Of a DNA stretch of 64,000 nt, positions 54,288 to 64,000 are shown one piece after another. Below the pieces are notes generated by a model. The model did no database searches and was not told the DNA's origin. It saw only the letters and a program-made list of their open reading frames with translations. A program made the position numbers and the translations under genes. The stretch spans positions 1,490,001 through 1,554,000 of the forward strand of contig CM119373.1 in assembly GCA_051294905.1 (NCBI GenBank), given 5' to 3'. How positions within the stretch are numbered: position 1 is the first letter of the stretch; each line of letters starts with the position of its first letter. Source of the stretch: Botryllus schlosseri. Taxonomy: Eukaryota.

Positions 54288-55177
54288 GTCATGACTCGAG
54301 TCAATAAACCCAGGCCTATCAAATCGTAATCAGGCAGCCCAAGCTAACAAACCAACGACGCAAGCCAGGCCCAAGCCAGCCTAACCATATCTGACATTGT
54401 GGTACGCTGGTATTCTTCTCATATCCGCAATAATTATAACCTTCATCCAAGATTTGGTTTGTGGTCGGGTACGAAAATATTATTTTAAGGGATTGTATCG
54501 GCCCCCTTTTCCTCGGATATTTATTCAGACGTCATCCACATGTGAAATATGGCTCACACGTTAGGGGAGTTGTGATCATCTGCAAAGATATTCACGATAA
54601 ATATTACACCACATCGTATACATGTAGGCACGAACGTCAAGCCTCAAGGTGTAAACTATCGATAGTAATATTTGAATGGGTATGAAATATACCTACAAAC
54701 CAAAACCAGGGAGTTTTTTTGTTGGTCGATTATAGACATTAAAAATTCATCCGTGTGCTGTGATCCATTGAGGGAAAGGTGTTTCTGTTCACAAATATTG
54801 CCCAGGTGACGAAATAAAGTTGCGGATTTATCGAATATTGCAAAACCGGAGTGAAATTCTCAAAAATCGGTTAATTTTTCCCACTTTGTGATCGGTCGAC
54901 TAAAAAAAAAAAGAAAAAAAAAAAGGTCATCTTTTCCGCTCCAATCTCAAAATGACGTTTTTTCCTCCACATCGCCAGGTGGATGACTAAAAAAAAGGTC
55001 ATCTTTTCGCTCAGAGCTAAAATCACCGTTTTTCACCCGTCGGAGCTTCACTTCTGTGCTATTATGTGGAATATCACTCGCAATTTGCTCTAAATCTGCT
55101 CTAAATCCTAAAAAAGAGGACAAATCCTCTTAAAAGAGGACGTATGATATACCTAAGTTATATTATCATATCGATTA

Positions 55178-55995
55178 CACTGGTCAACAAAATGAAAAAA
55201 ATATTTTTTGGCTGAACATCTGAGAGCCGTTTCTGGGGTTTTCGAGGTTGCTGATTACGAATATCACATTAGTTTTGCCAGATTGGCTCTAGAAAAAAAG
55301 ATATTTATACCCCTAAAAAGCCTAAAATCACTGTTTTTACCCTTGAAAATTTCAATTATTAGGAAGTAAATCTTAGATTTTTCGACTTTTATACTGCGCA
55401 TAAATAGATAATTGATTATGATGAACACTCAGGTCGTTTTCAGTTATTCCCTCAATATTAACATGACCCAATACCAGAACTTTGTTTGTTAAAAAATGAG
55501 TTTGTCAAGCCTAAAAATTGTACTTTTGCACAATGGAAATATATTTTCTCCTGTACCAATTGGTCATTCTACCAAGATGAAAGAGTAGTATAAAGCTTTC
55601 AAGTTTGTCCCTGGAAAGCTTAACAAAAATACTCATATGCGTCTCATCTCTTTCCACTTGTAAATGGATAATTTTCCGGAAAGCCAACCAAGTGGGTATA
55701 CCAAGTATCAATATCAAACGAGAAGCTTAACTCTGGAATGTTTGATGGATCTCAGATTCGAATACGGACTAAGGATTACAATTTCATATTAAGAAAGGTG
55801 CTCACTGCATGGAATCCCTTCTAGGATTTAGTAAAGAAAACTTTTTGGAAGATCACAAAGCACCCAACTACAAACAGTTGGTCCGAGAATTGGAATCTGC
55901 ATATGGAAACCTTGGAGCAAACATGAGCATTAAATCTCACTTCCTGTTCAGTCATCTTCATATATTTTCTGTTAATATTGTTGATTAGAGGGAAT
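55178..55995 (+). mobile_element. Decayed Chapaev3 copy (left part)
   Basis: TTA|CACTGGTCAACAAAATG; GMFDGSQIR, AWNPF and NLGANMSIKSHFLFSHL remnants. Confidence 0.82.
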
Positions 55996-56160
55996 CAGAG
56001 GTGGTCAAAGTAGTAAAGAAAGCTACTCAAGTAGAAGTAGAAGTAGCGACGAAAAAATCTACTCAAGTACGAGTAGAAGTACTTCTTCCATAAGCAACCT
56101 AAAACTACTTGAAGTAGAAGTAGAATTGACTGACTTTAAAAGTACTCAAGTAAGTAAGAA
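55996..56160. mobile_element. Left end of a hAT-like MITE with AAGTAG/ACTCAAGTA repeats
   Basis: CAGAGGTGGTCAAAGTAG start and subterminal repeats; no matching right end found. Confidence 0.55.
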
Positions 56161-57343
56161 GTTGTGAAAACGATCGTAAGTCGTTCACATGGATTGTAAA
56201 AGGTGCAAATTGAGCTATGCGAAAGGTGACGAGCTTGATCAACAGGCATCCAATTTTCGATAGCATAAGCATTCGTCCACATCATGATAGGATTGATATC
56301 GAAATACGATACTAATCCTCTGTTTTCACGATTAGCACGTTTTTGAAAATAGCAGGGTACGGCGCCATCCCCGGGTGCCTTTATTTTGTACATGAAAAGC
56401 TAATGAAGCTACTTAAGCTAATGAAAAGCTAATTTAGCTAATGAAAAGCTAATGAAGCTGATGAAAAGCTAATGAAAAGCTAATGGAAAGCTAATTAAGC
56501 TAATGAAAAGCTAATGAAGCTAATGAAAGGCTAATTAAGCTAATGAAAAAGTAAGCTAATGAAAAGCAAGCTAATGAAGCTAATGAAAAGCTAATGAAAA
56601 GGTAATTAAGCTAATGAAAAGCTAATGAAGCTAATGAAAGGCTAATTAAGCTAATGAAAAAGTAAGCTAATGAAAAGCAAGCTAATGAAGCTAATGAAAA
56701 GCTAATTAAGCTAATGAAAAGCTAATGAAGCTAATGAAAAGCTAATTAAGCTAATGAAAAGCTAATGAAGCTAATGAAAACCTAATTAAGCTAATGAAAA
56801 GCTAATGAAGCTAATGAAAAGCTAATTAAGCTAATGAAAAAGTAAGCTAATGAAAAGCAAGCTAATGAAAAGCTAATTAAGCTAATGAAAAAGTACGGTA
56901 ATGAAAAGTAAGCTAATAAAAAGCTAATGAAGCTAATAACTGTTATTAATTAATTATCCGGAGCCGAGATATGTCCGGTCAATGGGCGGAAAAAAGCGAC
57001 CTTCGATCAACTCTGGAGGCCACATCGTTTGTCCGATCCGGATAATTTCTTCACAGGGCGTCTAGTTATCGAGAAAGGAACGCGACTAGGGGTGTTTGGA
57101 CGAAAATTTTTTTGGACTTCTGCTTTCTTTCGATTTCGACCCCGTGTTAAAGTATAGGGATTCGATCGGCTCTGGAGACCCCACCGTTTGCCCGATCGGT
57201 GCGATTTCTTCACAGGACTCAAATTTAGATTTATAAGATGTTTTTTTTTTCATTCAGATTTTAATTTTGTTGTGAGTCCATCATCTGGATATTCGATTCC
57301 AAATAGGGATTTCTGAATCATGATTACAATAGTGCCTGTTCAG

Positions 57344-59902
57344 CAGGGTTGTAATGACTCGAGTCAGACTCGAGTCACGATTTTTTTGTGACTCGACTTG
57401 TCTCGAGTCATTTTCTTGAAATGGGAAAATGACTCGATTCGACTCGAGTCAATATTTGGATTGACTCGACTTGTACTCGAGTCATTACGCATGACTCGAC
57501 CCAAGTCAATGACTCGGCTTATTTTATATGACTTGCCGATGAATAAATTTGTGAATCGTAATGGCTAGTTCAACACATCTGACGAATTCTGCCGACAACA
57601 CTATTTGTCACCACTGCTTTCGTTGCACTCGTCCGATGTCAGATATGCCGCCGCAAAAGCAACAGACAAGAGACAATGATACATAGTGGCAATGCATTGT
57701 TACGAAGCCAAAGTACCGTATCTCGCCTCTTCCGGCTGGACGCATGTCAGAGAGCAGAGTTTACGATCTCACTCAGGGAGAATATACACACCCACTATGA
57801 GTTGTGTCGTGCCAACCCTGCTCTCACTATACAACCATGCAAATAGGCACATCCTCACTGTCAATTACTTGCGCGCATTAGTTGAAGCTTTGAAAAATTC
57901 TCTTTTGAAGCGTTTTGCAGGAGTGTTTTAAAATGTGAACATAATGACAACTGATGAGTCTTGGGATAGACCTATCGGTAATCCCGAACCGTTTGGTGAA
58001 ACCATCTACCTCACAGCATGCGTGGTCGATCCGAAATTTGCCTTCCATTGGCGTATGGATCCAAATTGCTCAGAACAATCTCGAATTGCACTGCGGCAGA
58101 AAATAATCGAGTTGATAACGACTGAGGCTGACACTAATTCATACAATATGACCAGCCAAGGTACAAAATCATCCAGTGATGAAGAGGTAGTAGACTAGAT
58201 CATCCGCAATCAAAGTAGTCAAGAATTTTCAATTATACAAGCAAACAATCGAAGCAAAGTTCAATTAGAGCCAATGCAATGACTCAGATGATCAAGTACT
58301 TGGACGAGACTGATAAGCTCATGTGTAGATTTGAAAGCGGCGATTCTTTGCATTTTTGGGCGACTCGAAAGAATGAGTATCCAATGCTCTTCAGTGTGGT
58401 TCAAAAATGCTTGTCAACTTCTACATCTAGTGCACCAGTGGAACGTGTATTCAGTACAGGCGGATTTATTCTAAGGTCATGCCGCTCTTATATATCTGAG
58501 GATCTCTTTTCCACTTTGGTATTTTTGAAGTGTAACTCATCGTTGATTTGATCTGCTGTCTGTGAAAACACACAATACCCTCTGTCCATTTGACGTTTTG
58601 TTAGGTATGTGCATTGTGCACGTGAGTAATAATGAATTGCTAATGCTGCGTGATGTTTGTACAATAGGGCTGTTCAAAAATAACTTCTTTTTTTATTTTA
58701 ATCGGTGGCTACTTGATAAAATTGTTACCTTGCAGAAAAATAACATTGAATATGGCTCAATTTAAAAAAGTAGAATCAGTGATATGACAGGAGAAAATTT
58801 TGGATTTGAAAATAAATGAAGTATTTTTAGTGAGAAATTCTTTCATATAATATAATTACGTACTAGTAGTAAGCAGACTATTTTTTCATATCCAAAACAT
58901 TCTACTCTAATAACTTCACTTCTTCTAGTTGGCATTGAGCCAAATTTGCTGTGAATCATATTCATACACAATGTAACAATATGATGAGATAGCCGGTAAA
59001 ATTCGAAAATATCTATTTGTAATTAATCTAAAATTTTCTTTCGTAGCATTGCTTTCTACTGGTTTGAATTGAGCCCAATTTGATATTTTTTAGGCAATCT
59101 AACAATTTTAAGAAGTTGCCGGAAAATTTGAAAAAATGTTTTTGTTATTTTTCTCTCTTCTTATTTTTCTCCGATGCGGTAACTGCGAAGTAGTCTGTAA
59201 TGGAAAAATGTTTCATTGTAGAATTATTTCTCTAATGCTGTAACTGCGAAATAGTCTTTAATGCAATTAGGAAAACCTTTAGTAATATCAAAAGGTAGCC
59301 TATCTGTTCTTTTGTCACTGCACAGTGCACATAGCTGCATGCACGCTTTGACAGCATGCTGGCCATTTGTAAATACCTCTACATAAACATGCATCTGTTG
59401 ATTCTCTATCAACTGGTATGCTGATGTGAATTCGTTGGTTCTCTATCAGATAGTATGTAGACATGAGCTATCGTCGATGTTCTCATAATAAAACTGAATG
59501 CTTGTATTGGTGATGTATCCGACTGACAAGACATATATTTGATTTTAAGTTCTAAGATTAGTAAAGTTATCTGTAGCATCAGTAAATGAGGCCAGGACCG
59601 GTCCGTTATCTGCCTAAATAAACACGTGCCAAAACTCTGGTAGGGACAAAATGAGCATGTTTGGCAAGCAAGGAATTCGATATCACCCAAGCAGAATTGA
59701 AAACATGAGTTGAACATGACTTCAATACTGTGACTTGGACTCGACTCGAGTCATAACACTATGACTCGGACTTGACCCTTTAAACGGTGACTTGGATTCG
59801 GACTCGACTCGGTGATGAATTGAAAATGACTCGACTCGAGTCAAAACCGCAAAAGTAAGATTGACTCGTGACTCGGAACCATGTGACTTGGTTACAACCC
59901 TG
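57344..59902 (+). mobile_element. Internally deleted hAT (Ac/ZBED-like) element
   Basis: TIR CAGGGTTGTAA; TSD CTGTTCAG; GACTCGAGTC subterminal repeats. Confidence 0.95.
57740..58551 (+). pseudogene. hAT transposase C-terminal remnant
   Basis: SLLKRF, YLTACVVDPKF and LHFWATRKNEYPML...STSSAPVERVFSTGG...LVFLKCN (hATC dimerisation domain), broken by stops and frameshifts. Confidence 0.93.
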
Positions 59903-60453
59903 CTGTTCAGATTCAGACAGACCAGTGGTTGTCAAAATTTTCAACCTCGCGGCACCCTCTGTAAATGAAAAATAGTCCGTGGCACCCTGGCATAGTGATT
60001 CGCAGTGTAGATTATACCGCTACGACCGTCTAACGTCTAAGTCCGAAATCCCTATACTTAACGAAATCTGGGAGCGATCCGAGCAAGTATAGGCGGTTTG
60101 CCATAGGGTCGCGCGTTTTGGGGTAGGCGACGTGCGGCAAAGTTTCGGCAGTTATGTCGCCCACGTTAAAGTATAGGCGAGCTCGAAAATTTTCGAAGTC
60201 TAATCTCCTTTTTAAAATGCATGGGCCACGTTAAAAGGTCTGCTCCCGCAAGGCGGGTCGAAAGGCCCGTGCTACAGCATAGTTGTTAGCTTAATTAGCT
60301 TTTCATTAGCTTACTTTTTCATTAACTTCATTAGCTTTTCATTAGTTTGCTTTTCATTAGCTTACTTTTTCATTAGCTTAATTAGCTTTTCATTAGCTTT
60401 TCATTAGCTTAATTAGCTTTTCATTAGCTTGCATGTACAAAATAAAGACACCC

Positions 60454-60567
60454 CTGGCAACTGTTGTTAAAGCTTCGAAGTGCGCATTTGTCACATTCGG
60501 GGATTGTGATTTGTCAAATATCAAATTGGAATGCTTCGCGAAGGGATGTAAGGAAAATCAAGTTTCA
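60454..60567 (+). pseudogene. 3' two-thirds of a paralogous LRR exon, cut by the foldback element
   Basis: LATVVKASKCAFVTFGDCDLSNIKLECFAKGCKENQVS|gtaaga aligns without gaps to the last 38 aa of the 168-nt exons (K-S-C, DC-L, KL, GC conserved), with a donor at the same position. Confidence 0.82.
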
Positions 60568-61674
60568 GTAAGACGAAATATGTTCTTATACATTTTGTCA
60601 TGCTTGTGTATCTTCGGGACGACACGAGATGAAATCAGTAGCGTTTACATTCCGATATGCAAAGGACGACTATATTCTGAAATAATATAGGCAGGACATG
60701 GTGCATTTCAAGTTAACAGAATACTACGTTGAAATCGGCAACAAATTTGTTGCTCAGGAGGTCGAGTTTCCAAGTTGTGAAAGGAAACAATCTCATTATT
60801 TATTCTCACTTCATACAGTAGTTTATTCTAAACATGCTAGGGCGGCTTTGTGTAATCGATGATATGAATTCTGATTTTCGATGCACTATAGCCGGAACGA
60901 ATGATTTGCATCCCATAACTAATTCCCAAAACATGTAATATCTAGCAGATTTTGTTGACTATAGTTGAGGATACGCCGAATGCTTTGGTCGCCGCGTTTA
61001 AAGCTTAGCCCTCATTAGAATGATATATTTTAAAATAAAATAGAACTTGGCCCCTTTCTTGCTGGGCAGTACGTTTCGGTTACTCGAATACGAGTCGGAA
61101 TCAGTCATCATGCTTCAGGCCGAGTGTTGCGTGCAGATATATTCGAAATATGAAATTAACTTCTCGTCACTCCGAGACATATTTTATCAACAGAAGAAAT
61201 ATTGTTATAAACATAGGTATCCAAAACAGGTTGCATGAACCTAAGCATGTTCGTTTACACGACCTAAGAGTAAGGAATCGACTCTCGGCATCTTAAGAAA
61301 ACGGTATAAAATAACTATGGTCCCTTAAAAAGATATTGTGTGACGTGAAACTGGGGCTAGTATGTCTGTGACCGTAGAAAGTACACACTTTCAACTTTCC
61401 TAGTCATCAGTCATCTTGTTGTAATCTCGTAATCAGTGGCACTACAAACACTTGACTAGACTCGAATTTTAATATTCGATTCGGAGTCGTATCATCCAAG
61501 CACTCGATTTCGCCCGGTCCTAATTGCATTATTCGAACTTCCGTTAAAATGATGATGAAGTACAGTCGCAGCACAGTAAAGGGATGACGATAATTTTACG
61601 GGTAGCTGTCAGTAATAAATACTTCCTTATCGCCGCTCAATACACTATTTGTGTAAAATATTTATTTACTTCAG

Positions 61675-61842
61675 TTGCAAAAGCTTGGTATCCGTGACAA
61701 TTCAATGAAAGAAGATGGATATGAAATACTCGTTGACGTTCTGAAACTGTCAGATTGCAAAGAGTTGGTGCTCGAAAAATGTTTTCTCACCAAGAAAAAG
61801 TTGGAAAAAGTATCGAGCGGATGCCAGATTCAAAATATCCAG
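61675..61842 (+). CDS. Internal exon encoding two 28-aa RI-type LRRs (paralog of 40142-40309)
   Basis: tttacttcag| and CAG|gtgcgt, 168 nt, open frame LQKLGIRDNSMKEDGYEILVDVLKLSDCKELVLEKCFLTKKKLEKVSSGCQIQNIQ. Confidence 0.88.
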
Positions 61843-61853
61843 GTGCGTCATAT

Positions 61854-61944
61854 TGTTGTTGTTGATTATTATAATAATTTGCGATTAAAACGCAAGGGGT
61901 TATGTTTGCCATATCCAAAAATCCTTTTAAAATCTAGGGGTGAC
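61854..61944 (-). mobile_element. Short antisense retroposon fragment
   Basis: 12-bp TSD GGTGCGTCATAT; (TTG)n on + strand = (CAA)n tail; absent after the paralogous exon at 40310. Confidence 0.7.
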
Positions 61945-62249
61945 GGTGCGTCATATGACCAATCCATAATACTCTATCTGTCATGTCACCAAGCGATTCG
62001 AAATCTTCCATTATCTTACTCCTCATGAAACATATCGCTTGATGAAACCGTTAACGGTCGATTCAATCTATAACAATACTCGGGCGATGTAATTCCAATA
62101 ATGTGGTTTCAAGTATCTACAAGTATATAAATCATTACATATTTTTGAAAATAATTGCTGCAAGAATTGAGGATATCTTGATTTTCATGTAATCTAAATT
62201 CCAATTATTCAAATTGTTTTATTCGGGTTGACAATCCAATTTATAAATT

Positions 62250-62635
62250 ATCTACAGTAAATTTTGTAAAGTAGAAAGAAAACTACTTGTACTTATGTAT
62301 TAAAGACTGCCCACTAAATTTTGTAAGGTAGACATAAAATTGCTTGTACTCAACTACAAAAGACTCTACACTACATTTTGTAAAATAGACATAAAAGTGC
62401 GTGTACTCCACTACTAAACTTCTAAACTAAATTTCGTAAAGTAGAAAGAAAACTTCTTGTATTAATCTATTCAAACTCCTAACTAAACTATACCAATCAC
62501 TCTACACCCGATTCATAAAAGTAGAAAACTACTTGTAATTGAATACTAAACACTTCACACTCAATTTTGTGAAGTAGGAAGAAAACTTCGTTTAGCAATA
62601 TACTAAGCACTCTACTCCGGATTTTGTAAAGTAGT
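62250..62635 (+). repeat. 57-bp minisatellite, ~6-7 diverged copies
   Basis: aaattttgtaa.gtaga at 62259, 62316 and onward. Confidence 0.85.
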
Positions 62636-63259
62636 GCACTGTGCAGGGAATGTCTGGGTATTGCTGGAGTAGAAGCAGAGCTATCCGCAGTATTTGGTTT
62701 AGCTGACTGGATACGTAACCTGAAGGTCATGTCCTGAACGTATGAGATATTTACGAAGCCACAGATATTACTCAAGACATACAATATATTTCAGACGTTC
62801 ATCCAAGTAGGTTTTGCAATGAATCTCCTCGATTCTCTCGAAACCTGATTTAATACCTGTCGTAATTCAAGACAGGATGTAATCATCGATTGCCGTCTGT
62901 GTCGAGATCAATAGGCCTACACATGGTTGAGATATTCATGGTACTGCTGCAATATGCATGTGATAGTTGCGAAATTTTTTGCTAAAACGTATTTTCGCCA
63001 CGCGTCGCATAATATCCGGTACGTAACAAAGATAACCGTATTGACGGTCGCTTGTTGGTGAAAACCTACGATACTGATATGTTCAAATGTCGAAATGATC
63101 GGCTACTACTATACTTCAGTCCTTGCAAGCTGAGTAGACAATAGTATATATGCGATACCAATCCGACGTGGAGAAGAAAACAAAACACACCAATTGAGAT
63201 CGCGTGCATGAGACATGTTCTATGGAGCAGTGTTGTGTGAAACTGCTGTCTACATGTTT

Positions 63260-64000
63260 TCCATGTCATACATGCCCGTAAAACGCAGCATGCGAATATT
63301 AGTAATGCATTCTTTTTAATGTGTGAGGCTTTGGTCGCGACTTGCCACTCAAACGATCACGCGGTTTGAAAAGTTCAAGAACTAATGTTATATATATGTT
63401 GTACCAACATCTAAGGCAGTAACTCCCAAAATGTGTGATGTTAGTGTGATACTAGTCTTTTAGGGACTTTAGCAGCAACATTGTTTAATATTGAATGCCT
63501 TGCATGCATACGAGGAGATAAAGACGAGAAATCAGGTTAATATCTTCGGCAGGCTGATATATAAGCGGATATGACCATGACCATTTGTATGAAACCAGTC
63601 GCGACAATGATGAATATGTTGAATGAATAGGTATGTCGATGAATAGGTTGATGTCCACATCATCACTAGGTAGCTATATCGGGATGAACCTCTTTAATTT
63701 GATTCATATCAACTGATGTACTGGAAATCATGCCGCAAATCATGAGCACAGCGTTTGCAAGTCCATGCTTACACAATAATTCTCAGGATTTGCTGCAAAC
63801 AGATATAAGTAGGTACTTATTCCATTGAGAAGCCTTTATTGATTTATGAAACGCCTCGACTGTACAAATGCTTTCTTCACGTAAAGCTTTGGGTGTCTCC
63901 TTCCAATTCATATTCCATAATACATGCAATCAAACTTTAACTATCATTTACATCTTATTTGGTAAGTAAACAAGTTGTTTTTGTTGAAATTAAAAGTAAC
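63260..64000 (+). repeat. Segmental duplication block X, paralogous to 1-720
   Basis: Colinear diverged match to the window start. Confidence 0.95.

Larger units (their letters stand above)
56373..60453. mobile_element. Unclassified foldback-type element with AAGCTAATGA satellite arms
   Basis: 22-bp TIR GGGTGCCTTTATTTTGTACATG/CATGTACAAAATAAAGACACCC; tandem AAGCTAAT(GA/TA/GAAA) at 56395-56940, inverted at 60285-60431; no TSD visible. Confidence 0.85.

Noticed and set aside
56395..56940. Telomere or centromeric satellite
   Set aside because: Bounded by a TIR and mirrored in inverted form at 60285-60431, so it is a transposon arm.

Overview
AT-rich eukaryotic (animal) genomic DNA. An invertebrate, possibly an ascidian, is a guess from repeat style and an 18S fragment. 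No complete protein-coding gene is visible and most ORF-track ORFs look spurious. Most of the window is nested, non-autonomous or decayed mobile elements whose TIRs and TSDs can be read directly: hAT MITEs, a PIF/Harbinger relic, Chapaev3 relics, a 7.8-kb foldback MULE-like element, a non-coding LTR element, a tRNA-derived SINE family and a possible Polinton/Maverick end. Under these lies a host segment duplicated in tandem several times. It carries two intact 168-nt phase-0 ribonuclease-inhibitor-type LRR exons (40142-40309, 61675-61842), a transposon-cut paralogous half exon (60454-60567) and a ~284-codon decayed exon of unrecognised domain (51064-52332). This is most simply read as a birth-and-death LRR (possibly NLR-like) gene cluster being broken up by transposons.
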